From Geosiphon pyriformis uo1 (taxonomy: Eukaryota > Fungi > Glomeromycota), in NCBI GenBank assembly GCA_016748015.1, contig JAAOMT010000483.1, positions 280,163-315,659 on the forward strand: a stretch of 35,497 bases of DNA. Direction: 5' to 3'. The first letter of the stretch is position 1. Every line of letters begins with the position of its first letter. Positions 1 through 11,448 of the stretch are shown one piece after another. Position numbers and translations under genes: made by a program. Below the pieces are notes generated by a model. It was given only the letters and a program-made list of their open reading frames with translations. It was not told where the DNA came from and did no database searches.

Positions 1-1537
1 TTAAGTTCAGCCAAAAAAAACTATGGAACACCAGCACTAAAACACTTGGCAATCTATTGGGCAGTCATAAAATGGAGAGAATACTTGAGCCAAAAGTTTG
101 AAATATACACAGATCACAAAGAATTGACTTCAATCCAGAAACAAGAATTTGCAGATGAACATCCAAAAATACTAACAACTACAATATTATATAAATACCC
201 AATTGTTCAAGGGAAAATTATCTCAAAAGAAACAAAAAAACATAAAACAACAATCAAAATATTTTATCAATCATCAAAATATACTCTACCAGAAGAACAG
301 AAGAAATCCAGATCAACCAATCAGAGTAATTACAGAACCAAAGAAAGAAACAATATTATTCAACATGCACTTAGATCCAACAACAAGACATTTTCATAAA
401 GAAGCAATCATGGAAAAAACTAGAAAAAAATACTATTGGTCATCAATGTATCCAGACATTATCCAGTATGTTCAAAACTGTGATGTTTGTCAGAAAAAAG
501 GAGGAACAAAACCCAATAAACCATTAAGACCAATCAGAGTGGAACAACCATTTGATCGAATTGGAATTGATCTAGTTGGACCATTAACAATAACCAGCAG
601 AGACAACAAATATATTGCAGTAGCCATGGACTATCTTACCAAATGGCCAGAAGCAAAAACCATTCAAAAAACAGATGCAGAATCCATTGCCAAATTCATT
701 CATCAAGATTTGATATGTTAATACAGATATCTAAAAGAATTATTATCAGATCAAAGAACTCACTTTGTAAATAGAACATTAGCAGAATTAAGTCAAAGAT
801 TCGGGATAAAAAGACCATTATCATCACCATACCATCCACAAACCAATGGATTGGTTGAAAGATTTAATAGAACACTGTGTGAAGCAATCACCAAGATCAG
901 TCAAGAAAACCAGGACAAATGGGATTTGTTTATATCATCAGTATTATTTGCTTATCAGACAATAAAGCAAGATACCACAAAAGCAATACCATTTGAATTG
1001 GTATACAGTAAAACAGCAACATTATTAGTTAAGATAGAAGTCAATACATATCCAACTGAACCAATAACAGAAGATAATTTTCAAGAAACATTGTTAAAAA
1101 GAACATATGACTTAATAGAAACACTAGAAAACAGACAACAAAAAGCAGCTGATAACATCCAAAAGTCACAAAAAAAGCAAAAAGAATGACATGATAACTA
1201 ACTATCAAATAAACTAGTTGAATTTAAGATTGGAGACAAAGTACTATTACATCATACCAAAGTGAAAAAACAATAGAGTAGAAAATTTGACCCCAAATAG
1301 GATGGACCATTTCACATAGAAGAAATTCTTGGAAATGGAGCTTATAAATTAAGATGGGACAACAAAATTTTAGCCAAAGCAGCACATAGGGATTGACTGA
1401 AACAATATCACCAGATAGCATCATCATCTACCAATAATATTCTACAACTGGGAATACAAAGAATACTAATTCAATCAAATAAGATTCCACGAGATCTGGA
1501 ATTAATCATAGTCATTGAACCAAACATGTCAAATTAA
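1..1537 (+). pseudogene. Gypsy pol remnant: partial RNase H plus integrase (HHCC, DDE core, GPF/SH3-like C-terminus)
   Basis: YTDHK; H..H...CDVC; IGIDLVGPL; YLTKWPEA; YHPQTNGLVERFNRTL; DGPFHI. Contains internal stops. Confidence 0.92.
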
Positions 1538-1593
1538 ACAACCAAAAGAGTATATAAAGACACAGCATACATGACAAAAGCAACCAAAAAAAA

Positions 1594-2229
1594 ATGGAAA
1601 TACCAGATCATATTTACACCATAGCTCAACAATTGTTCCAGGCCTTAAGTAAACAACAGTTAGACATGGAAATTGTTATTAACAACCAAATAATTTGCTA
1701 TCGAAACATCCAAAGAAAGACAAAAAATACATCATATTAGTAACCACTAAAAAATGGTAAAAACTGAACAGATAACTTAATAAAAAAAGTGAAGAACACC
1801 TTTGGGAAAAGACCTATTATGGTACCAACAAAAGAGCTTACAAAAGAAAATTAGAAACAATGGATAGAACAACTTCCAATATCATATTGCTACTACCAGT
1901 TAGGTCAAAAGTTGAATATTTAGGGGTTGTATATCGACAAATCCAAAAGAATATTTAACCAAAACATAATACAACAAATTGAAGAATTTATCGGAAAAAA
2001 AACAAATTCAACACTACATGTTAAAACAATGTACTGACTACACAACATATTTTGGAATTATCCAGAAATACTGTTACATTCTGACATAGAAATTATAACC
2101 ATTAACCAATGGGGAAGAATAAACAATATACAAGTAGAAGATGTGAGAATCAGAATCAAACAAACAATACTTGAAAAAGAGGTATTAGAATTAATTCAAA
2201 ACAAAAATTTCAACAGAGCTCAATATTAA
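1594..2229 (+). pseudogene. Accessory ORF3 of element A, unknown function
   Basis: ATG at 1594 (MEIPDHIYTIAQQLFQAL...YCYYQLGQ...WGRI...FNRAQY*) with a few point stops; homologous to 33940-34569 and 6123-6799. Confidence 0.7.
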
Positions 2230-2240
2230 AAAGGAGGAGA
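2228..2240 (+). other. Polypurine tract of element A
   Basis: AAAAAGGAGGAGA, ending 3 nt before the LTR start TGTTAC. Confidence 0.85.
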
Positions 2241-2243
2241 TAA

Positions 2244-3068
2244 TGTTACTCATAGAAAAAAAAAACAGATATAAAAAAATAGTAAATTAATAGGAGAGTA
2301 GTAGTTAGCACATAAACACATTGCTCAGCAATGTGGAGCAATGTCAGAAATTATGGCACATTGCTCAGCAATGTGAAGTGATGTCAAGAAAATATGGCAC
2401 ATTGCTTAGCAATATGAGCATTGCTTGAGAAATTATAGCACATTACTCAAAAATGTGAGTGATCTCATAGAACCCAAATTATGTATATATAACAGCAGTA
2501 CTAGAAGTAGAAAGGGAAGAATCCATCAGTTAGAAACCTTTTATAATACACATATCAAATAAATAATTATTCATTATCTTAATCCACTTTCTACTATCAA
2601 CACTTTATGTTGATAGTAATTGATACTTAACACCACTGGAACAATAGCTCTTGATTATGGCTATTGACAGAATACTAACTTGTGCATTGCCTTGGCTCAT
2701 TTCTTTATTTTCTTTTCTTTTACTTTCTTTTTTTTCTTTGATTTTATTGTTGTATACTAATTGATTGAGGATTAAAATGCTGAGACACAGACGTCATAGT
2801 GGCTGGTAAAAGACCCATGAAATAAGAGTAGAACACTCATAGATTTAATGATAGCTTACCAGGAGAATTACCAGCCACCACGCTGAGAAAAAAATTTGAC
2901 AAAACTGTGGTTTCGGGAAGCTACGGATAAAACCATCAATTAAATCTCTGTCCATTATACAAAAAACTCTACAACAAAACCTTCAGATAAACAATACCAG
3001 AATACCAACCAAATACTAAGTTACAGATTTTTTATTTGACTTAAGACCCCAAATAATCATCTGTAACA
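2244..3068 (+). repeat. 3' LTR of element A (825 bp)
   Basis: TGTTAC(2244)...GTAACA(3068); TATATATAA at 2484-2492; the portion after the TATA box aligns with the E LTRs. Confidence 0.9.
2317..2457. repeat. Four 40-41 bp tandem units with palindromic core CACATTGC-TCA-GCAATGTG, in U3
   Basis: Cores start at 2317, 2357, 2398 and 2439. Confidence 0.9.
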
Positions 3069-5138
3069 ATGAATTACTCTATTGAGCTTTCTGTAATCTA
3101 CACAAAAGTGAATCTTTCCATTTTTTTTACAGACAAGTACCACTGGTAATGACCATGGGCTCATTGATGGCTGAATTAGCCCATTGTCAAGCATCCGATT
3201 GATTTTTTAATGAATAATCTCATGGCTGGCTGGTGGTACTCTATATGCTCTTTGTTTAATTGACATTGCATCTCCAGTCTTAATCTGATGCTGGATGATG
3301 TTTGTTTTACCGAATTCATTTTTGCTAGCAAAGATGTTATTGAAGTTGTATTTGTTGAAGTGGATCTAAGTTTCCTATGTTTATTTGTTCCAATTGTTCT
3401 GGTTGGAGCAAATAGCATTTATTTTATCCATAAATTGTTTGTGATGTGATGTCAACATATCCACAAAGCTGTGAAAAGTCTGGAATGGAGTTTGGTGGTT
3501 AATCTTCTATTTTTGTGCTTAGATATTCAATGATAGTTCTTTCTGGTATTTCTACAATATTTTCTGTGTTGTTGTAGATGGAAATTTTAATGTGATTATG
3601 GTTCTTGGCTGGTATATGGAGATTGATGAGTCCAATCTTTTCTGATTTACAAATGGTTGGTTTGGCTTCAAAAATCTGCACCTGATCTTTCACTTTCCTA
3701 TCTATAGTGTATATGTACTGATCATATGGTGGAATAGAAATTAATTGACGGATTGAGATAATTTCTCCTTTGTCAACAATTTTTTCTTCTGTCATATTAA
3801 CTAGTACATCTATTCTACTCATTGATCCAAATCTCTGTATCTCTTTAGCTGTAATCTTTAATTCTTCCTTGTTTTTCACTAATACTAATTAGGCTATTTT
3901 AACCAGAGACAGGAATATTGCCTGTGCTATCTTTTTGTTTGGCTCTATAATATAGGCTTTTTCTAAGTCATTTTGTAGCATTGTAATAATATTTCTTACA
4001 TATTCTGCATTAATTATTTCTCCTTTGATATTGATTTTTTTTTTGCTAAACTATTCCTAAATGCTAGTTGAACTATGATGGTCACTGAAATTTCCAGTGC
4101 TATTTTAAGATCAATACAAGTGCACAAATGTGGTTTCAGTTTAATGGCATCCTTCCCTGGATATCTCAAATCAAACTCTGCATTAATATTATGTGTGCAT
4201 TCCAGCATGATATTTTCCTTATTATCACTGAACCATTTAAGTTCTTGCTCCTTGGTGAGATCAGGGAGTGCAATAAATGTATTGGTATTTGAATCGAAGT
4301 TCAGGTTATTGTTATTTTTATTGCCATATTGTGCAAAGCTGGAACCAATGTTTTTGTCATCATCATTGTTAGAGTTTAAATTGGGATTAAAATCTGTTTC
4401 CAATTCTAATATACAGCTGCTGATTAGTTTTTTCTCTTCTGAGATTGTGTAGATTATGCATGATGGTAGATTGTAAATAAGGTCACACTTATTACAATAT
4501 TGGAAGTTATATGGGATCAAACAGTGGTTACATAGTCAAGTATTTAGTTGTGCTAACCATTGCTCTTACTCTTCTCTTGTGAGTGTTAATTGCTGGTAGT
4601 ATTCATAAAATTTTTCTGGATTGTTCTCAATGTTGCCAAAGACATCAAACATTTGGACATATTTGGATTCAGGCAGAAACAAAGAGTTGTTCTTGATTTC
4701 CAGTAGCTCACTGATGGTTGTGTCTTCTGCTTTTGTACTTGTTATTCTCCAGATTTCATGCTCATTATGTGGATATCCTTCCAATTGTCACAACACTTGT
4801 TTCCATGCATTGTTGATTGGTGTTCCCTTATGTATCCAGTTGTTAATAAGGATTATATACTGGCAGGTTTTGTTGCATGTTCCTCCTCACCTAGGAATGT
4901 TATTCCACATTTCTTCATTAGGCAATATAGTTCTACATGCAAGACAAGATTTGTTATCCCATTTTCCTTGTTGTTTTGGTCATCCAAAGTGCTTTATGAT
5001 GCATGGGTGACAGTAGAATCTTGTTGCTGTGTGGTATTCCTCATCATTGCCACAACATGCACCCATTGATGACAATTTCTTGTCACAATTGACGCATATA
5101 AGCTTTGGTCAGCAATAGGTAGATTGTTGTGATAGCAT
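3069..5138 (-). mobile_element. Fragment B of an E-family Gypsy: Cys-rich region, dUTPase, start of RT
   Basis: Reverse-strand homolog of E about 29280-31375; cut at FCVDYRKLN by LTR A and on the right by LTR C. Confidence 0.9.
3818..4244 (-). pseudogene. dUTPase domain of fragment B
   Basis: AEFDLRYP, FRNSL, EIINAEYVRN, KIAQAI, QRFGS (decayed motifs I-V). Confidence 0.85.
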
Positions 5139-6111
5139 TGTTACCAGAGGTTTTTGGTCTCTTTTCTTGAATGTTGTTAATGTTGATTTGCTGTAAATTC
5201 ACGTTTCTAGGAAGTAATTGGACCTCCAGTAACTGAATTTATCTTCAAATTATCTCCTATAATTTGAACTGCTAGGCTTATAAGTAGAATGACCAATTCC
5301 TTGCCAGTTACTTTATGTAGTTATATTGTAGTAAACATCAACTTTTTCCCAGGAATTGCTCATTTGGAATCTCACTAAAAATGTGTAGTTACTTTGCTGT
5401 AAAAGTCAACTCTTCTACAGGAATCTCATCTGTAAGCTACCCTAATGATTATAATAAAAAAAGAAAAAGAAAATAAAAGAAATATAAAAGAAATAAAATT
5501 CTGTCAAAGAAAACGTTTTCTATCCAGGCCTGGAGTCACTAACAGTTTATTGAAATTGGTAGCTAATCAATTTCAAAATGTTAGTTGTGTTGAGAGAATT
5601 TCAAGTGTAATAATTTAAGAATTTGGTTTTCGAATATTTAATTTTTATTTGATTTTTGTAAAAAGTAATTTGTTTCTAATTAAGATATCTAAAGTAAGAT
5701 ACTATAGTAAGATATTATGAGAAGATACATTTTCTTGAAGAGAAAAGCTCTTCTTTTATACAACTTGTTGTAGTACTATTCCTTAAACTTGCACTTTTTC
5801 TCTTTTCTTCAATTTGGGTGAACTAAAGATACATTTCGGCAAATTTACAAGTTATTTCACTGAACTATTGATTATTTCGGCAAATTTCATTAATTTCGGC
5901 GAATTTTGACTATGTTAAATGGTTCAGGGTATTGTGTAATTTGATCATCTTAATTTTTAGAGTACAAATCGGATTATTGATTGAGTAATAATATTTGATA
6001 ATTTGGCTAATTTAATAAGTGATAATCGAAATGATAATAATATGCTAATGAATAATAGGAATTATGAAGATAATTTCGTGCTAATTAATAGCTAAAATTC
6101 TACTGGTAACA
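5139..6111 (-). repeat. 3' LTR of element C (973 bp)
   Basis: 9-bp terminal inverted repeat TGTTACCAG/CTGGTAACA; TATAAAA on minus strand at 5754-5760; homologs at 10100, 14782, 17921 and 35164. Confidence 0.93.
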
Positions 6112-6114
6112 TAA

Positions 6115-6124
6115 TCTTCTCCTT
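6115..6124 (-). other. Polypurine tract of element C
   Basis: AAGGAGAAGA on minus strand, 3 nt before the LTR TG. Confidence 0.8.
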
Positions 6125-6799
6125 AAGACTGAGCTCCATTGAAGTTCAAGCACTATCTGTGATGTTAAGATAGTAGTCCAAAATAATTGAAGTGATCTGG
6201 TCTGAAAATTGTTAAAATTTCAGTTCTGTGAGTTTTCCAATGTATTGAATCTTCATTGGATGGAGTATTAGATTTTGTAAGACGTTTTTACAAGTGTTGA
6301 ATAAATCATAGAGTCTAGATGCTGCTCTAAGTTTATAGTGAGTGTTTGTTGGTCCAGCTGCTGTCTTGAATTCATTGTGAATTTGTTTTTGTATTGTTTC
6401 AGGAGTAATGTTGGTTGCTTCAAGTTCCAGTTTTCATTCATAAAGTGTTCTTTCAATATAAAAATATCTATATATAAGAGTATGTTCCTTGTTCTGTTCA
6501 TTGAGAAATAGTAGTAGTTTTTGTTGAATTGTGGCATTTGGTAGAATATCAATAGGGACAAATAAAAGGTTTTCTTTCAGTGTTTGCTTCAAAAGTTCTG
6601 GTAACCTATTTTCAGAGTGACCTCTTGTTTTTTTTCTATAGGAGTGGTAGTTCTGAGAATTATTTACTACTGGGACTGTGGTTTCTTTTTGAATGTAATT
6701 AATTTGATTTCCATTAATCGTTATAGATAAGTCAGGAAGTGTTTTCAAGGCTAACATTAATTTTTGGAATATTTGTTAAATGTTTTAAGGAATAATCAT
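6123..6799 (-). pseudogene. Accessory ORF3 of element C
   Basis: ATG at 6799: MIIP*NI*QIFQKLMLAL...DLSITINGNQINY...YRYFYIE...RLYDLF...IGKLT; includes track ORF 6434-6757. Confidence 0.65.
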
Positions 6800-6953
6800 G
6801 GTAAAATTGACTAATTAATGAAAAGAGAGAATAAAAAAAATTATTTTTGGATATGAGATTTTATTTGTTTTTGGGTTTGTGTGTTTTTGTAATTATTTAC
6901 TATTTTTGTCTTTGTGTGTTATTAAAAAGATTATTGTAAAATTATGTTGAATT

Positions 6954-9900
6954 AAATATTCAAGTTTGGTTGTTGTTCTATTATAATTATTGGTTCTAAA
7001 TTTCAGAGAATATCTTCAGGATTAATTAAAGGGAAATGTGTACCAATTTGTGAAATTAATGGTTCAGGATTGTTTCTGGAATAATAGTGTTTCAATCTAT
7101 CTTTATGTGCAATTTTTGCTAATACTTTGTCATCAAGTCTTAACTTGTATGATCTATTGCTTAGAATTTCGTGAATATAAAATAGTCCATTCCATTTATG
7201 TTCAAATTTTCCACTCTATTGTTTTTCAGTCTTAGTTCTGTATAAGAAAACTTTATTTGCAACGTTAAATTTGTTGGTAATTGGTGGCAGTTTGTTGTCA
7301 TGTTTTTTTTTTGTAAAGCTTGGAAGTGTTCAATATGAGTGGCTGCCATGTGTTTTTTTCCTTCCAATGTACTAAGAAAAGTGTAGGCTCTTCTTTGGAG
7401 TGTTTCTTGAAAGTTTTCTTCATTGATTGGTTGTACTGAGTATGTTTCCACTGTAAAATTAATTGGTAATGTTGCTGTTCTTCCATATGTAAGATCAAAT
7501 GATGTGTGTTTCATAGTATCTTGTTTTAGTGTTCTGTATGCTAATAACACTGATAGAATAAAGATATTCCATTCCTGCTCAAAATCTGTTGAGACTTTGG
7601 CTAAAGATTCACACAATGTTCTGTTAAAATGTTCTACAAGTCCATTTGTCTAAGGGTGATAGGGTAATGATAGAAGTCTTTTGACATTGAATCATTCACA
7701 AATTTTCTGTATCAAGTTGTTTACAAAATGTGTTCCTTGATCAGATAAAAGTTCAATTGGACATCCATGTCTACAAATAATGTCTTCATAGATGAAATTT
7801 GCTACTAATTTTGCATCTGCTCTTTGGATGACTCTAGCTTTAGGCCATTTGGTAAGATAATCTACTGCAACTGCAATATAACGATTTCCTTGGGTTGTGA
7901 TAGGTAATGGTCCGACTAAATCAATTCCAACTCTGTCAAAAGATTGTCCAACTTTGATTGGATTTAAAGGTTCTGTAGAGCAAGTTCCTTTTCTTCTTTA
8001 ACAACTATTATAAGATTCTATATATTGCTGAATGTTTTTTTGCATATGAGGCCAAAAATAATGTTCAAGAGTTCTTTGGATTGTTTCATCTCTTCCCAAG
8101 TGTGCTAAAGATAGATCTGTGTGCATATTGTATAGAATTGTTTCTTTTTCATTTTCCTGTACTAATTTGAGTAGTTGGTTTGGATTTCTACAATTTTTGT
8201 AATAGATTTTGTTGTGGTGTATAAAGTATTGTTTTAATTAGTGTTGTAAATGATGTTTTTCACTTGGAAACCAATTTTCTGGCATGATAAGGGTCTCCAA
8301 ATAGTTTTTGATGTTGTTGTAGTTTTTTGGATCTATTGTTGTTGGTTTTGTTATTTGTTTAGCTATTAAGTTTGTTAGTATTTTGTTGGTATTGGTGTTG
8401 GTATTAATCTTGTCTCATTCTTGAAAGGCTATCAACATTGGTGTGTAGTTTTCCTGGTTTGTGATGTACAATATATTTGTAGTCTGCCAGGAAATTATTT
8501 CATTGAGACTGTTTGGCACTTTGTTCAGTTTTCTTTTTATTAAGCTATTTGAGACCAATATTGTCGGTTATGATGTCAAATTCTTTTCTACTTCTCAAGT
8601 ATTGTTGAAAATGTTTAAGAGCCCAAATGACTATGACAGCTTCTAATTCAGTTGAGCCATATTTGAGTTTTGTAGGCTTGAGTGTTCTACTGGTATAAGC
8701 AATAACTTGTTCCTGGCCATTTTCATCCAATTATGATAGGATGGCACCAAATGCTATATGTAAAGCATCAGTGGCTAGTTGAAACTATTTGTTGAAGTCT
8801 GGATAAGCAAAAACTGGGGCTGTTGTCAATTTTGTTTTGAGGGTATCAAAGGCTTTCTGTTGTTCTTTAGTCCATTGATATGGTACATTTTTGTTGATGA
8901 GATAGTTGAGTGATTTGGCAATCTCTGAAAATCTTTTTATGAATTTTTGATAGTAAGAAGCTAATTTTACAAATCCTTGTAGCTCTGTGGTATTTTGGGT
9001 GTTTGAAAGTTTTTAACAGCACTGATTGTTCTAGGGTTTGGTTTGATTTTATCTTTACTAACTATGTGTCTCAGAAAGATTAAACTTGTTTTTCCAAAGT
9101 GACATTTTTCAATGTTCAACTTTAATCCTGCTTTCTGTAATCATTGAAAAACTTCTCACAGGTGAATAAGATGGGCTTCAAAGCTTGGTGAATAGACATT
9201 AGTGTCATCAAGATAAACAACTACTGATTGCCATAAGAGTCTTTCATATACAACATCCATGGGTCATTGGAATGTTACTGGTACATTGCAGAGTTTAAAC
9301 GGCATAACATTGAATTCATAGTTTTCTCCTTGGGTAGTAAATGCTGTTTTGAGTCTATCCTTTGGGTCTATTTCGACTTGCCAGTATCCACTTTCCAAGT
9401 CTAAAGTTGAGAAGAACTTGGCTTTTCCTAATGCATCTAACATGTCATCAATTCTTGGAAGGGGGTAAACATCTCCAATTGTGATACTGTTGAGCTGACA
9501 ATAGTCTATACAGAATCTGATTTTTCCGTTTTTTTTTCACTAGAACTATTAGTAAGGCCCAAGGATTTCTTGATGGTTGAATCAATCCGTTATTGAGCAT
9601 TTTTTGAACCTCTTCTCTGATAAATTGATGGCTGGCAGGTGGTACTCTATAAGCTTGTTGTTATTTTGGTGGAGCATCTCCTGTGTGGATCTGGTGTTGA
9701 ACAATATCTGTTTTTCCCAGATCATTGTTGTCTTTTGCAAATATATCTGCAAATTCAGCTATTAGTTGTTTCAATTGTCTTTGTTGTTGGAATTCTAAGG
9801 GACTTATATTGATTTTAGAGAGTTTTTCTTCTAGAACATGGTAGTTTTCAGTGGTCAAAGTAATGTTTGGATTTGGTAATAGGGTATGTCTTATAATTTC

Positions 9901-10099
9901 GATGAAATTAGAGACAATTTAAGGGATTTCATCTTGAAAGATATTGCTATGTATGATTCCAATTTTTAATTTGTTAAATAAAACAATGGGATAGTTGTTG
10001 GGGTTGTAGAAGGTGACTCAAAATTTTTTCATTCCTTTTGGAATGTAGACATTTGGAATTAAAATCTCATGTTTTAAACAGATTTGTTGGATAGTGGTA
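6954..10099 (-). pseudogene. Gypsy pol of element C: RT (YLDD at about 9204-9215), RNase H, integrase
   Basis: FCIDYCQLN, LDLESGYWQV, VYLDDT, LATDA, ELEA..WALKHF, VGIDLVGPL, GLVEHFNRTL; many stops. Confidence 0.93.
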
Positions 10100-10874
10100 C
10101 AACTCTTTTTCAGGAATTGCTCATCTGGAAGCTCACTAAAAATGTGTAGTTACTTTGCTGTGAAAGTCAACTCTTCTACAAAAATCTTGTCTGTAAGATA
10201 TCCAAATAATTATAATAAGAAAAAAAAATAAAAAAAAATAAAAAAAATGTAAAAAAAATGGAATTTTGTCAAGAAAAATGTTTTCTATTTAGGTCTGGAG
10301 TCATTAACAGTTTATTGAAATTGGTAGCTAATCAATTTCAAAATATTAGTTTGTGTTGAGGGAATTTCAAGTGTAATAATTTAAGGATTTGTTTTTCAAA
10401 TATTTAATTTTTATTTAATTTTTGTAAAAGATGATTTGTTTCAATTAAGATATCTAAAGTAAGTTACTATGATAAGATATGAAAAGGATACATTTTCTTG
10501 AAAAGAAAAGCTCTTCTTTTATACAACTTGTTGTAATACTAGTCTTTGAACTTGCACTTTTCTTTTTGCTACAATTTGGGTAAATTAAAAATACATTTCG
10601 GCAAACTACAAGTTATTTTACTGAACTATTGATTATTTCGGCCAATTTTTATTAATTTCGGCGAATTTTGACTATGTTAAATGATTCAAAATATTGTGTA
10701 ATTTGATTATCTTAATTTCTATGGTACAAATCGAATTATTGGTTGAATAATAATAATTGCTAATTTGATTAAATAATAGATAATAATTGAAATGATAATC
10801 ATATATGCTAATTAATAAGGGGAATTATGAGAGTAATTTCATGCTAATTAACAGCTAAAATTCTATTGGTAACA
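10100..10874 (-). repeat. 5' LTR of element C, missing about 200 bp at its U5 end
   Basis: Aligns to about 5338-6111 and ends GGTAACA at 10874; joined directly to pre-RT pol sequence. Confidence 0.9.
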
Positions 10875-11448
10875 TTGGCTTGCCAAGTTATATGAGAAAA
10901 AAAATGTTCCAATTTCTCACTCTGCTACTTTTGGTGACAAATCTTGGGCCCAAGTGGTTTCACTTGCTGGTTCTTCTGGTGGCACTCACTTTGAATCTGG
11001 TCCTAAGTTTCTTTCTTTTGGTATCTCAGATTTAGTTAATACTTTTTCTCCTACTTCTGTTGATACTTTTTTCTTAGGTGCTCATTTGGATTCCTTGAAA
11101 TTTCTAACTGATCAAGTTTCTGGTATTATGTACAAGCTCATTAATTTTGATTTGATGTCTCAAACTTCTCTTCTTTCCTTCTTAGTTTTGGTTACTTCAA
11201 TAGCTGTTAATTTAAATTTGGGTTTAACAATGGTTTCAAATGTTCCTGGTCTGATAACTCTGCCTCCTTCTTTTACTATTTCTAATGTCTTAATTCTTGG
11301 TCTGAGCAGTTCAAAAATACTAACTACCAAGGTGGACTTTCTGGAATTTAAGTTAGTAGCTCTCAATGCTTTTATTGGTTCAGTATTGGTAAAGTTAGAT
11401 TAGTTGTGTGTTGGATTGAGCTCTCAAGTACTTTTTTCTTCCCAATAA
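10875..11448 (+). pseudogene. LINE D ORF1 C-terminal remnant
   Basis: Track ORF 10954-11403 extended through one stop to TAA 11446-11448; directly precedes the APE domain; ends in a heptad-like LEFKLVALNAFIGSVLVKLD. Confidence 0.6.

Larger units (their letters stand above)
1..3068 (+). mobile_element. Ty3/Gypsy LTR retrotransposon A, 3' portion (5' part lies outside the window); related to element E
   Basis: RNase H end, integrase, ORF3, PPT, then an LTR TGTTAC...GTAACA; colinear with E 32170-35163. Confidence 0.93.
5139..10874 (-). mobile_element. Ty3/Gypsy element C (second family), internally deleted (no PBS, gag or protease)
   Basis: Two homologous LTRs flank RT-RH-IN-ORF3-PPT on the minus strand. 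Confidence 0.92.

Noticed and set aside
2317-2457. CRISPR-like array of palindromic repeats
   Set aside because: The spacers resemble each other, the array lies inside an LTR, and there are no cas genes; it is a tandem repeat.
4075-5069. Plus-strand ORFs here, and similar ones at 27887-28243 and 33301-33645
   Set aside because: They are antisense shadows of retroelement coding sequence with no motifs.
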